From Eledone cirrhosa (Eukaryota), in the NCBI GenBank assembly GCA_964016885.1, contig OZ024740.1, positions 373,922,001 to 373,986,000 of the forward strand: a DNA stretch of 64,000 bases, read 5' to 3'. Below, one piece after another: positions 11,586-25,560 of this stretch; positions within the stretch are counted from its first letter, which is position 1, and every line of letters starts with the position of its first letter. The position numbers and the translations under genes were made by a program. The notes under the pieces are model-generated. The model made no database searches, was not told the DNA's origin, and saw only the letters and a list, made by a program, of their open reading frames with translations.

Positions 11586-11636
11586 AGATTCTACAGGACT
11601 AGAACTGTTTCATTCTTCAGAAATCATCAGGAATCT
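11586..11636 (-). ncRNA. Type I hammerhead ribozyme (family A)
   Basis: AGAUUC-CUGAUGA-uUUC ugaa GAAu-GAAA-CAG uucuaguc CUG-UA-GAAUCU: 6-bp stem I, intact core, 3-bp stem III, GUA triplet. Confidence 0.85.
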
Positions 11637-12103
11637 GGGTATCAAAAAATAATTATGGTATATATAGGTCTCTACAAGTGGGAGGAGTGGGTGGGGAGGG
11701 GGATCGGTGTAGGTCATTGGTTGACAGAATTCATTAGAAGCTAATTCAACAAAGCTATAGTTTATTTTTATTTTTAGAGTAACAAAGGCAGGAAGAATTC
11801 TATAAACAGGTTCAGGATGGCATGCCAATCCTTATTAAGCTAACAGGTGTCTATAAAATCAGTGGGGGTCAGTCATGGTAGATAGATTTAAAGGAAAGGG
11901 AGATTCTTAAAAGCTAAATTCTTTACTAAGTAACAAGGTTTAGAGAATTCTGTAGACAAATTCAAAATATTGAGTGCATATCTTACTATTGTCTTCAAAT
12001 TTCTCTTAAACTATTCAACTATGTGCCAAAATCAACAGACACATTCACAAAACACACTCACCCATACACTCGCGCGCACACATAGACACACCCACATACA
12101 CAT

Positions 12104-12147
<44 letters not shown>

Positions 12148-12181
12148 TTACATATTTATATACATACATATATACTTATAC

Positions 12182-12238
<57 letters not shown>

Positions 12239-12251
12239 TATAAACATACAT

Positions 12252-12300
<49 letters not shown>

Positions 12301-12512
12301 TATACACACATATACATATACATATATAAGTATACACCATATATACACATATGTATGTACATATACATACCTATACATACACATACACACACACACATAC
12401 ATACATATACACACATATACATACATACACACATACATATATACACACATATACACATATATACATATACACATATACAGACACACACATACATATATAC
12501 ATATATATATAT

Positions 12513-12543
<31 letters not shown>

Positions 12544-12552
12544 CGCGTATAT

Positions 12553-12605
<53 letters not shown>

Positions 12606-12752
12606 CACACACATACATACATATACACACATATATATACAGATATATATATATATATACACACACGTACGCAGGCGCACACACACACATATACACACAC
12701 ATATATAAATATATACATATATATATATACACACATGCATACATACACACAT

Positions 12753-12815
<63 letters not shown>

Positions 12816-12816
12816 A

Positions 12817-12859
<43 letters not shown>

Positions 12860-13379
12860 TAAACGGAACAGAGAACGCTGACAAACCATTCACAGTTGAA
12901 AAATGGTTCAATTAGGAACAAAATTAGGAACAAAAGAGTATCAGCTAGTGTTTGAGTGAGTGTGTTTTGTGAATGTGTCCGTTGATTTTGGCATATAGTT
13001 GAATAGTATAAGAGAAATTTGAGGACAATAGTAAGATATGCACTCAATATTTTGAATTTGTCGACAGAATTCTCTAAAGTTTGTCACTTAGTAAAGAATT
13101 TAGCTTTTAAGAATCTCCCTTTCCTTTAAATCTACGTACCATGACTGACCGCGACTGATTTTATAGACACCTGTTATCTTAATAAGGATTGGCATGCCAT
13201 CCTGAACCTGTTTATAGAATTCTTCCTGCATTTGTTACTCTAAAAATAAAAATAAACTATAGCTTTGTTGAATTAGCTTCTAATGAATTCTGCCAACCAA
13301 TGACCTACACCCATCCCACTCTCACCCTCTCCTACCACTTGTAGAGACCTATATATACCATAATTATTTTTTGATACCC

Positions 13380-13430
13380 AGATTCCTGATGATTTCTGAA
13401 GAATGAAACAGTTCTATTCCTGTAGAATCT
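13380..13430 (+). ncRNA. Type I hammerhead ribozyme (family A)
   Basis: AGAUUC-CUGAUGA-uUUC ugaa GAAu-GAAA-CAG uucuauuc CUG-UA-GAAUCU. Confidence 0.85.
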
Positions 13431-13432
13431 CA

Positions 13433-13630
<198 letters not shown>

Positions 13631-13631
13631 C

Positions 13632-13662
<31 letters not shown>

Positions 13663-13702
13663 CATATACATATCAATATATATGTATATATATATATATA
13701 TA

Positions 13703-13848
13703 ATCGGTGGTACACAGCAAAGTATAGATATTTAATATTGAAATGGCTTCTACAACCCTAGAACTGCTTCATTCGGGAGAAATCACCCTGATGATTTCTC
13801 CCGAATGAAATAGTTCTAGTACTGTGGAAGCCATTTCTATAATAAATA
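13703..13848. mobile_element. Miniature fold-back element of family A type, truncated inside the hammerhead
   Basis: gaaatggcttc...attcgggagaaatca / tgatttctcccgaat...gaagccatttc inverted arms. CTGATGA at 13788 and GAAA at 13807. Lies between (TA)n tracts. Confidence 0.75.
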
Positions 13849-14260
13849 TATATATATATTTGATTAAAATGAATGCGGTCATCCATTCTGGCAACTGCTG
13901 GCTCTGGAAGCCTTCAGGTCTTAAACAGGTCTTAATTTCTCCCTACATTTCAGCCGCTTGGATTGTGTCTACCATTATTATATTACTTTATTAGATACAT
14001 TTCGTAACAACTGACGATATCACCTGGTTGCTGCAGAAGCCGGTCATTGAAATGAGCACCGTGTTTATAATAAATATTCAAGAAATTTCACCAGTCCAGC
14101 CTCCTGTCAATAATAATTAACTCCGTTCTCACACCACCAACGAGATGCAACGAAAAATAAAGAGTTGCAACAAGTCGAGCGATTTTACTAATATTACGTC
14201 ATGGTTGATTATACTTAATGACCAGTTCTATCCTGTCGTAAACCAACAGACCTAAATGAA

Positions 14261-14357
<97 letters not shown>

Positions 14358-14358
14358 C

Positions 14359-15099
14359 GTAATAATAATAAAATTGAAGACTAAAATCGAAAGAGGGGTC
14401 GATAAGGATAAATATATATCAAATATATAAGAACCGTAGAGCAAATATTTATTAAATAACAGATTAAAGTTTAAGAAAAAATCGCTGCTTTCACCCTTAA
14501 CGGGATCTTCTGAAACTAACAAAGTCAATCTGTAAACGCAGAACTGGATATTTCAAAAAACGTTGCAACCGGAGGAAAACAGGAAGACGATACTTTGGTT
14601 CGTGGAAACGTTCGCTGGCAAAGAATGGGAAAAAACGAATAATACGTCATTAATAGGAGCGGTGAAAAACAATTACGCGCAAAGAGAGAACCACGTTTAT
14701 GGTATAAAAGAGGTCGTAGACTAATGTTCTCTTAGGTGGTGCATAGAGAAGTTATCTGGCAATGAACCGAAAAACGAAGATAATAAGTCATATGTGGAGC
14801 GTAGGGAACAATAGCACGCAAAAACAAAACCACGTAAATGGTATAGCAGAAGTCGTAGACTAAAATTCTAACTAGGAGACCAAATGAATCTCTGCTACAG
14901 AGTTAAGAACAAAGTAAATAAATACAATACAGGCCAGCGAACCTTTCCACGAACAAAAGTATCGTCTTCCTGTCTTCCTCTGGTTGCAACGTTTTTTGAA
15001 ATATCCAGTTCTGCGTTTACAGATTGAATTTGTTAGTTTCAAAGATCCCGTTAAGGGTGAAAGCAGCGATTCTTTGCTTACACTTTAATCTGTTATTTA

Positions 15100-15105
<6 letters not shown>
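14359..15105. mobile_element. Non-coding inverted pLTR pair (family C) in (TA)n
   Basis: About 14445-14612 is the reverse complement of about 14945-15105. Internal ~140 bp direct repeat (14630-14735 / 14770-14875). Hammerhead-like folds at 14468-14517 (-) and 15035-15084 (+). Confidence 0.8.
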
Positions 15106-15171
<66 letters not shown>

Positions 15172-15534
15172 AATTAATATCTAGTAACATATATATACGT
15201 ATATATATATACGCATATAACATATACGTATATAACATATATATACATATATAACGTATATATATGTTACTAGATATTAATTATTTATAATTATCTCCAA
15301 ATTATTTGTCGAGCAATATTGGCCATGACTGCTGCTATGGTAGCAGGCTGGCCGCTGTCTTATTAGCAAACCACTTTCCACTGATTGACCTCGATGTCAC
15401 GTGATTGATTCTTTTTGAATTTGCCACAGACGCAGAGGCAGTGATTTTCTCAATGGCTAGGAATTCAGTCCACGCTTTGCTATTTCCTATCCACTGAATT
15501 ATTTTTTAATAAGTTTCCAGAGCCCACGCTTTAC

Positions 15535-15622
15535 CTGGATACTTAGATGAGAATAGTCTTCTCTGACGACGGAATGTTTCTCCATGTCTTCTTCGGAAAA
15601 TATATTTACTCCATTCCAGAAA
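15535..15622 (-). CDS. Candidate internal exon of the host gene (frame uncertain)
   Basis: ctaattag| ... CCAG|gtaaag boundaries. Two frames are open (FWNGVNIFSEEDMEKHSVVREDYSHLSIQ or FLEWSKYIFRRRHGETFRRQRRLFSSKYP). No homology recognised. Confidence 0.3.
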
Positions 15623-15683
15623 CTAATTAGTTGGAAGTGATATTTTAGTAAGTAAGTTAATTTTATAATCTTCTTATTTTACG

Positions 15684-15752
<69 letters not shown>

Positions 15753-15754
15753 TA

Positions 15755-16392
15755 TGAGATTCTACAGGACTAGAACTGTGTCATTCTTTAGCAATCATCA
15801 GGAATCTGGCTTTCCAAAAATAAATGTAGTGGTATTTATATCTTTTCAGGTGGAAGGAGAGGGTGGGGAGTGGGATGGGTGGAGGTCATTGGTTGACAGG
15901 AAAGGGAATTCATTAAAAGCTAATTCTTTAACTCTCTAGTTTATATTTAGAGTGACACCTGAAATATAGGCATTGACACCTGAAATATAGACACCTGTGA
16001 CACCTGAAATATAGACACCTGAAATATAGGCATTGTTAGCTTAAGAGAAACTTAAAAATAAGGAGTGGCATCCCATTCTGAACTTGTTTATAGAATCCTT
16101 TCTGCCTTTGTAACTCTAAATATAAACTATAAACTTAAATAATTAGCCTATAACGAATTCCCTTTTCTTTCAACCAATGACCTCCACCCATCCCACTCCC
16201 CATCCCCCTACCACCTGAAAAGATCTAAATACCAATACATTTATTTTTGGAAGGCCAAATTCCTGATGATTTCTAAAGAATGAAACAGTTCCAGTCCTGT
16301 AGAATCCCATCAATATTAAAACGTTTATACTATGCTATGTATGGAGTACCTTAATTACTGTGGTTATCTCCGATTCAACTCGGAATAACTTA

Positions 16393-16395
<3 letters not shown>
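15755..16395. mobile_element. Non-coding inverted pLTR pair (family A relative) in (TA)n
   Basis: Arms 15755-15955 (-) and ~16035-16395 (+) are homologous to 11503-13436. The left hammerhead has GAAA changed to GACA. Confidence 0.85.
16257..16307 (+). ncRNA. Type I hammerhead ribozyme (family A)
   Basis: AUUC-CUGAUGA-uUUC uaaa GAAu-GAAA-CAG uuccaguc CUG-UA-GAAU. Confidence 0.8.
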
Positions 16396-16431
<36 letters not shown>

Positions 16432-16530
16432 AAAAGGGTTATTCAATGTGTTTGTAATTCAACAAATATAAAGGTGTATAACTGATTCAAACCATGTCAA
16501 TATGTCAATTTATAAAACAAATTGTGTATG

Positions 16531-16588
16531 TTATCTGATGAGAGCGTACCAAAGTGTTGGTACCCTTGAAATAGGTATATTAGAATAA
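16531..16588 (+). ncRNA. Degenerate minimal hammerhead in a pLTR fragment between (TA)n tracts
   Basis: UUAU-CUGAUGA-GAGcGUACC...GGUACcCUU-GAAA. Stem III and stem I are imperfect. Confidence 0.5.
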
Positions 16589-16629
16589 ATATGGTTTTAT
16601 AAACATAGTTTCCTTTTATTTAATATCAT

Positions 16630-16712
<83 letters not shown>

Positions 16713-17766
16713 TTATATATATATGTATATATATATGTGGGCGGGGTTGTGTGTTGTGTGTTTGAAAGTGTACGCATGCATGGTTATGTAACTATGAATC
16801 TCCATTTCTATGAAGCCACAGGGAATATTTTTTTTACTCATTTGTGCAATATGTCGTAATCCGGAGGGTGGGGGACCCATGTAGGATAATTAAATAGATA
16901 TAGTGTATATCCTTTCCACATTTGGTGATCAACCAAACTAACAATGCTTATTTTTATAAACCTATATCTTATGATATCAAGTGCCTTAAAGAAGTTTGCA
17001 GTTTACATGACACATACCAATTACGTAATACAAAAGCTGTTACAACACTTACCGAACAGACACATACGCACTCAAACACTCGTTGAACACTGATTAAACT
17101 CATTAAATTGCATCATCCCGGTCAAATTTCATGTTTTTCATAAAATGTGACCATACCAGAATGCAGTTAATAATACGAGTAATTGAGTGCATGTGCGTGT
17201 ATTTATGTCTGTGTATATGTGTGGATGTGCCTGTGTGCGTCTATGCCGCAGCTACTAAGCTCCAGCAAACCTTAATCAAAAAGACATGATCCAATTTGTT
17301 CTATCTGTTATCATCACATAGACTCAAAATATATTTCACTCAAGACTACATCAACAAATGCATCATACAATTTTTTTTCACAATGCACTAGGTGATTTTA
17401 CAGAGATATGTATGCTAACAGTTCTCTGTTAATAAATTGAAACTAAATGATGTATGTATTTCTGTTACTGTTTCATTTATAGTTTATAAAAATAATATTT
17501 ACATTCAATACAACATATATTATTTTGCTCCAAGGCAATGGATAATATTAGAAATATATTTCTGCAATGTTATGTGGTTACGTTCAATAACATCTAATAA
17601 TAACGATGGAATATTGTATATTTAACTCAAACACAGAGAAAAAATAATCATAATAGCAGATATTTTCCTATGAAACATCATATTCTTGCTAAACAATATT
17701 GCAGACAGAAATGAATATAGAATGTTACTGTACATACATTCAATATTTAAGATCAGTATACATATA

Positions 17767-18080
17767 GTATGTATGTATGCTCCGGTAACTCCCGATGGAG
17801 TCGTAGTGGTGCCATATTAAAATGAAGCGTTTCTTGGGCATTTTAAACCTGGTGGAGCCAAAATTGCTCTCCATGTCTGGACACAGCATATTTTCTTCTA
17901 GATAGAAAGGAAAAGAGAAGGAGATACAGAGGATGAATCAACCCCAGGATGTGGTGGTATATCGACCTCGAAATAAAGGAAAGTTTAGCTCGGGTGGATT
18001 TCAACTGATAGGTCAGAGCACCAGAACGAATACCGCAAAATATGTTGTCCCACATTCTATCCGTATTTCTGATTCGCCGT
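17767..18080 (-). mobile_element. Degenerate tRNA-derived SINE
   Basis: Contains the decayed SINE core tatcgacc.cgaaa...aaggaaagtt.agctcgg.tggattt.aact, also seen in the copies below. (CATA)n-like tail. Confidence 0.5.
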
Positions 18081-18365
18081 CTATCATATGCATATAAATA
18101 TATAGGTGCAGTAAATTGAGTGGGATTTCAAATTACGAAAGAATGTATGACTGTTTTCGTTTTTTAGAATAAATGACAATAAAATTAAAGATATTTGTAA
18201 TGATACTGTATTTGCCAAATGAGCAAAAAAAGTGAAAACTTATCAATTTAATCTTTGCCTTCATCCATAACAATAAACCTTTTAAAACTATGTTTAGAAT
18301 AGAACAGTATACATCTATTTGCCAATATTTAAAGATACCGAATACGCATCGCTTCCATTATTTAT

Positions 18366-18553
18366 ATAATTGTTTCTACTTTTGGCACAAGGCCAGCAAT
18401 TAACCAGTGCATTAATGCTACTTTATTTTATCGACCCCGTAAGGATGTAAGGCAAAGTTAATCTCGACGGGATTTGAAATCAGAATAGCAAGGGCCGTAA
18501 CTCTATGCGTCAAAGCATGGTGTCCGACCCTCTTCTGATACTACCAATCCACC
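18366..18553 (-). mobile_element. tRNA-derived SINE (octopod-type)
   Basis: Homologous to 59538-59730 and 45360-45560 (tttctact...cacaaggccagca...ttattttatcgaccccgtaaggatg). Confidence 0.8.
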
Positions 18554-19571
18554 ATAAGTTTATTTTGCTTTAATATTTATCAACGAGTTTCAGACGATAT
18601 ATGATGTAACAACGTGACCAAAATTAGTGGAAAATGATGAGGAATTTGAGTTTTTCCTTTTACTGGCGACAAGATGACAAAGTAATTATGTCATCCTTAT
18701 CTTTCCGATCTAGATACTTACATCTATATAATTAGTAGGAAATGGTAATATTCTAAAAGGCAATCCTTCCAATAGACTTGTGTGTGTGATTTTTCTTAAA
18801 ATGATTCAAAACTATTGATACTTGTTAACCTGGGACTTCTTACTACGTCCTTCTTGCTCCATTATTATTATAATCACCATCATCAATATCATCGCCAGCA
18901 TCATCATCAGCATATCTACGGCAATTTCATGAAAGTTTATGCTGCATTACCCATGGCGCTGCCGTGTTCATGCGGTATGTAGAACACTGGGTTCTCTTAT
19001 ATATGTGGGTTTTGGGCGAATGTAGACTCCTTCGGTTAGTTTGCTATTCGTGTACTATTTTGTTGGTCCTCGTGGATTTTTAAGTTTGTTCTGTTGTGAA
19101 TTTTATGTGTCATGATACGTTTGTCAATCTAATGAGTACTAGCCATGTAGATATTATTTTGCCTGATATGAGATGTTTTCTTGTATTGGTTGTTTTATTT
19201 AATTCCATGTTGAGCTGTGATATTGAAATGATTATATATTGCGCAAAATGTCGGCAGCCCATGTGCGTCATATCATGAGATCTAGTATGGATCACAAAGT
19301 TTTATTCATAATGCATTTCATAACTAGGTGTCTAAGTATATTTACCAACGGTTTGTACATTCATAGCTCACATTTTGCATGTAAAACTTTCAATATCCTT
19401 ATATTTCTTCACATTTTCAAACGTTATTGCGATAAAATAAAATGCCTGTGAATTACTAGGATCGATATAATCCGATTTACAATCCCCCCCAGATTAATGG
19501 CCAAGCGTCAACATTAGAAATTACTATTGTTATTGTTATTGTTATTGTTATTGTTATTGTAATTGTCATTA

Positions 19572-19617
<46 letters not shown>

Positions 19618-20016
19618 AGTTGCAATTATCTTGCTTTATGTTCATACGGGTTATCACCAAGTCACAACCGGTGACCTCAAGAGACAACAAGGTCCGCCAT
19701 GTTCAAGAAAGAACATACATATTCACACATGCATCTTTAGTGTTTAGACTTGTGATGTACTTATTATCATTATTATTTTTATTTTGATGGCAACATCATA
19801 CTCGTTAATTTGCTGTGTGTCTAAGGAAATAATAAACCGTATCACTTGGCACATAATTGAGAAATTAATTATATCTTCTATTTAATATTAATCTTTCGTT
19901 ACCATTAATTTTTTTATTGGCCCATTGGCGAAAATTACCCATATTTAAATTTGTTGTTCTCTGAAGCATTTATGCTGGTAACTAAATACATATATATATA
20001 TGGGGGTGGGGGGGAA

Positions 20017-20212
20017 TACCCGGTTTCAATCGTGGTAACCAGAGTAAGTGAAGTACTCAATATATTCGTAGAATGTAAACAACATATTTAATATGGAAAT
20101 GGTTTCTAGAAGACGAGAACTGTTTCATTTTTAAGGAAATCATCAGGAAAACCCCGATAATTTCCTTTGGATTGAAGAGTTGTAGTCCTGTAAAAGATAT
20201 TTCTATATTATA
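20017..20212. mobile_element. Miniature inverted pLTR pair (family A type)
   Basis: The left arm (-) carries the family A tail and a CUGAUGA...GAAACAG hammerhead (20103-20150). The right arm (+) is a decayed copy. Confidence 0.65.
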
Positions 20213-20365
20213 TGTGTCATATATATATATATGTGTGTGTGTGTGTATGTGTGCGTGCGCGAGCGTGCGTCTGTGGGTGTGCCTCTGTGAAGCCTTTTCT
20301 ATATTAATTTTATGTACACACACACAAATACATACACGCATGCACACACATACACACATACACAG

Positions 20366-20480
<115 letters not shown>

Positions 20481-22067
20481 CAAAAAAAGCAAGATATAAA
20501 TCTGTAACGTTAGATAAAAGAGCAACTATTGAATTAATTATATAGTTATTGAATTGTATTGGCCTTCTTTCAATCAAGAAAAAAGTGCTTTATTTTTAAT
20601 ATTGTTCTCGCTCACCTCATTTCTTGGTACGGTACGTAAAGGTGAATGCTAATTTATTTCGACAAGTGTCTCAATGTATTATTTCGTCTTGTCCGTACGC
20701 TTTTCTGAGGACTTGACAAGCAGGCATAACAATAGTTCAATTTCGTCTTTAGACGCATTAAAATGCAATACTATTATTTGCAGTACACTATTTTGAGAAA
20801 ACGTAGTGTAAATGATAATCAGCATGGCATTTTGAAGGTGCCAAAACGAGTAGTGGCAGCTACAGCTAAAGCGTTTTCATATCTTCTCTTTCTAAAAGGT
20901 AACAACTGGTGATTGACGGAAGGGCTTAATAGGATGACGAGAGAGTGATTCAAAGTGAACAGCAATACACCCTATCCACAGACACCTTTTCAACTTCTAG
21001 ACATGCAATGGGATATTATCAGCAGAGCCACAAGTGCTCATAAAAAAAACATCAATTTTGCTTCTAACATCGAACCATCATCTTCAACGGGATCTCCCTT
21101 CTCTGAAAGTGCGATTGACCTTTTGAGAAACCAAAGAGACCAATATTACCAGCAAAATATGTTAAAAGGCATGTTTTAGGTGCCCTGTTGTAATATACAT
21201 TCACAATCCTAAAATATGTACCATATCTAGGGACATATAACAATTAAGGTGATTCTAATTCATTGACAGGACAGGGGTTAAATATGTGAAATGTTTAGTG
21301 ACGTAGCGATAGGGAATATGATGAAGCATCTAGAATGAGTTGGTAGATATTGAATTGTCACTGAAAAGTAGGCAAATGTATCTCCACAACTGCAGTTATA
21401 AGAATATATTAATGTATCTAACTTTCCGGAGCAGCGCATGAAGATGTCGTCAAAGGTTGTTCCTTCTTATTGCTATTTCCCTCTTACTCCCACTATAATA
21501 CTCTAAGGAAATTACATAGAAATTAATCGAATCAATCCAGTATAACTTTCACGGAAATCCGTGACCCCTTGTCTAAGTTAGATCGGACCACTGATATTGT
21601 GAAAATAAATGAATATGAAATAATATAACCTGTGATTATAATATGAATAGTGTATGTTATTATATATCAAAGTCATTAGTTATACATATACGAGAGTTGT
21701 TTCGATGATATTTTCTTTCAAATATTTTTCCGTTAGAACATGTAACTGAAGTACAATAGAATTGTATAAGAGGAACAATGTCGTAAATATATGAAAAAGG
21801 ACTTTGATATGTAGTAATGATTTCTAGCAATAACATGAGCACGGAATTTACGAGAAGGATATAATCGATTGAATCACCTACTATATACAAATGCCACGGA
21901 CTTGCCTTTCGTGCTTGATGGTCGAGACTTGAAAGACAAGGTAGACCACTGTGGGATTTAGACTTGGAGTTAATAATATATTTTACAACCATGGACACCT
22001 ACATCCTATTTACTTCGCTTTTAGTTTTATTATTGATATCATTATTAATATCATTATTATTGTCACT

Positions 22068-22090
22068 ATTATTATTATTATTATTATTAT

Positions 22091-22123
<33 letters not shown>

Positions 22124-22130
22124 CAGTAGC

Positions 22131-22192
<62 letters not shown>
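22068..22192. repeat. Compound (TTA)n(TAG)n microsatellite
   Basis: Direct reading. Confidence 0.95.
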
Positions 22193-22699
22193 AAACGATT
22201 TATTTGTTGATCATAAGTTTCTCTGATGTCAGCGAAACACAAGGAAAAAACATAAATTAACATTTGAGGATTTATATGTAGGACGAGGCAGTACTCAGCA
22301 ACAAAAATAAACAAGCCTTAATGAATGGACGATATTTGATAGAAGCAATTGCATAATACAAACAGATGACAAAAATATATATCTACGCAATCGCTTCCAA
22401 ACACTCTACCGTGGATTATCCTATTATCCCAAGGGCAAATTGTTTTATTACCATTATGTGATTTATGTTTTCAACAGAAATTAATGACAACGAACATATT
22501 ACAACAAAATCGACTAGCCGGTCCTCAAATATGAACGGAATAAATACTACCCTCAATAACATAACAAACAAGGTAAATCAATTTAGACAAAATTTGAGCA
22601 TGGAACAAGAAAATCAACTACTATGCAGAGACACCTATATGGATGACAACAGGTACGGCTGTGCACTGTCAGAAGGACCAAACTAAAACCATTGAAGTA

Positions 22700-23230
22700 G
22701 ATACTTTCTGAACCACATTTTCATTGTCACTAATTTGGAAACGTATGACTGGAATCATCTCGGAGACCGCGGGTTATTGCTCGAGTATAATAAAACGCTA
22801 CCAGAAGAGTCGAAAGTTTACAAAAAGAACAGAAGGGGCACAACAGAACAAATGCTGATTAATAATACAATGCTTGATTATTGTAAAAAGCAATGCAAGA
22901 ACTCAGGCATGATATGGATGGAATATAAGGACGTCTACGACATGATCACGCAAAGCTTGATATTACAGTGTTTCAAATCTGCTCAAACGCCAGACAATGT
23001 AATTAGGGTTTTATTAAATTCAAGGGCAGCTAGAATACAGAGTTAATTTCCCGTAAGAAACTGATAAGCAGTGTTAGCACACGAACGGATAGATTTCAGG
23101 GAGATATTTTATCACCATTCTTATTTGTCGTGTGTAAAAGTAAAAAGTCCTTACAAAAGTAAAAATGAGATACTTGTTAGAAAGCATTAATTTCAATCAT
23201 CTATTGTTTTTGGATGACTTAAAGTAGAAT
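22700..23230 (+). pseudogene. Old Dong/R4-like RT fossil
   Basis: LPEE.KVYKKNRRGTTEQMLINNTMLDYCKK...MIWMEYKDVYDMI, then FQGDILSPFLFV and NHLLFLDDLK, aligning with the RT motifs of the 1130-aa ORF. Confidence 0.75.
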
Positions 23231-25348
23231 ATTAGGTAGAATATTGGAGTGAATTTTGTGTTTTTAAAATGTGGTGTTGTAACCCTGAAACGTTGAAAAC
23301 TTACAGGAATTAGAAGGATTCGGCTTGCAAACGGCCAGGCTATTAAATATGTGGAGGAGAAAGGAAGCAACTACTTGGGATTCTTTGATTTTGATGAGAT
23401 CAAAGATACAGAAACTAAGATATTCAAAAGCGAATAGTACAATACTTTCCATTGGCATTTTATGTTATACTATTAGCTCTTTCCGCAGACACTTTTTCAT
23501 TAAGGAATCGTGGATTATCGATGCCATTTCATATATGAAACCATAGCCAACGTTTATATATTTTGTTGTTAAGCTTAAAAGTGAATGTATGGTTCATAAT
23601 ATCGGGCGCGTGTTTGATAGCGATTAAAATCTTTGCTTCGCTGGCATAAGATCCTTTGTTTGATACTTGATAAGATATCGAGGAATCCTGTCCGATGGAT
23701 TGTACGTGTAATTTAAAGATGCAAACTGGATTCTATTTGTAAGCACCAACACGTATACAGGAAGCAAGTGGCATTATCAAACGATTGAATGCTCAACGTC
23801 AAAACAGACGCTTGCAATCTATTGAACGTTCTTCCTAGGAATTAGGACCAACACGATGTCATTTGTAATAGTATCATATTACGCCAGATGATAATAAGCA
23901 TTCTACGTTATCTGCCTATCTCTTCGCAATTGAATATAGATTTGATATTTTCATCATACACGTTTCTTTATAAGCTGTTTTGCTAAAGGCACCAACCTGT
24001 GAATATATTAAATATTTTCATTTCTAACTAAATGCTCTATAGATGTGTATGTAGTGTTGCCTATATAAATGAGTTTCATATTGTTAATAATACATGATTG
24101 GTAAATTCCGAGATATGTTATATCTATACAATTGTAGCAATTAAAGAATTCGTATAATTTTGAGTTTAACCTACACGTGCTCATCAGTTACTCTTATATC
24201 TTGCAGTTATGACGTTGTGTATTTGATAAAACATCACTCATATATTGTATTCTACACATATGTTAGCTCTGTTAGTGCCATACCGGCTGAGAAATAATAA
24301 ATCGCTTATACATTTTCTCATAATGAATTATCGTTAAAAAGCATATATATATTATGTTATTTTGAATTGCTAATACGGAAGCACAGCATGTTCTTCTATA
24401 TTTTATACAGACTCAAATACAAAATGCTTATTTCATGCTTAATAGTGTACAGTAGCTTAAAATCATGTAGTAAAACGTTGAATTGGAAGCAATATTTAAG
24501 TAATGGCAGAATTAAAAGATATTACATTGAATAAATTTAGACACGAGACAGCATTTATGGAAAAACGATAATTTACTTGTAACGATAAAGTGTATAAATG
24601 GGATTACATGATATATTTTGGTTTGATATTCATGAAAAATTCATCTTATTAAAGAATTGATATAGACACCCTAATTTATTTCTAAGTTAGATTAAAAACG
24701 TTTAACCAAACATTTTGTGAAATTCTCAAAATATATTTAATAATAAATACATTATTTAATATCAACCAAATGTTTTAAACAGGAGGAAAATATCGCTATT
24801 TACAATATTAATAAATATATATACAAAATATATCATTTTTCATACTTCTATAGAGGAAATCCATGCAGCATACTTATAAAATTCTGGTCAATTTCAAGAG
24901 ATAAATTTCAAATATTTTATATTGTTTATTGTTTTTGTTTCATAAAATCAAGTCGTATATGGTACAGTTTTCCTAAGTATTAAAACATACAGATTCATAT
25001 ATCTAACGTAGATCTATGTATATTCAATATCCACATGATCCCGCATATATTTTTTTCTTTCTCTTTATAATATCATACAGTCAATATCTAATAAGGTATA
25101 AGGGAAATAAATACATTTATATTCTCAGTAATATCAACGAAGAAAATATATTTTTTTAAGTAATTGCATAATACATTTTCCCTGGAAATAAATGACACTA
25201 GAAACCAATTACACTTATATCAAAATGTTGTTGGTAAATTCTATGGTATATTCATCTCCTAAAATATACACATAGACTATTTTCACTTATATTCTTTGCA
25301 ATATATATTGATACAACAAAAGCGAAACCTTTTACTAAATGTAAAATG

Positions 25349-25381
<33 letters not shown>

Positions 25382-25471
25382 TTATATATATATATATATA
25401 TATATATGCATACTTACATTTTCTTTCACATACATTTATATATATATATATTTACATATATGTTCACATAA

Positions 25472-25525
<54 letters not shown>

Positions 25526-25560
25526 TTACATATATGTTCATATAAGTTTATAATTATATA

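Noticed and set aside
14025-14105. Candidate minus-strand exon EAGLVKFLEYLL
   Set aside because: All three frames hit a stop before the donor. It could only be a terminal exon, and there is no supporting evidence.
15954-16034. CRISPR-like short repeats
   Set aside because: No unique spacers, no cas genes, and a eukaryotic context.
20955-21179. 74-aa plus-strand ORF
   Set aside because: Non-ATG start, no homology recognised, and opposite to the inferred host gene.
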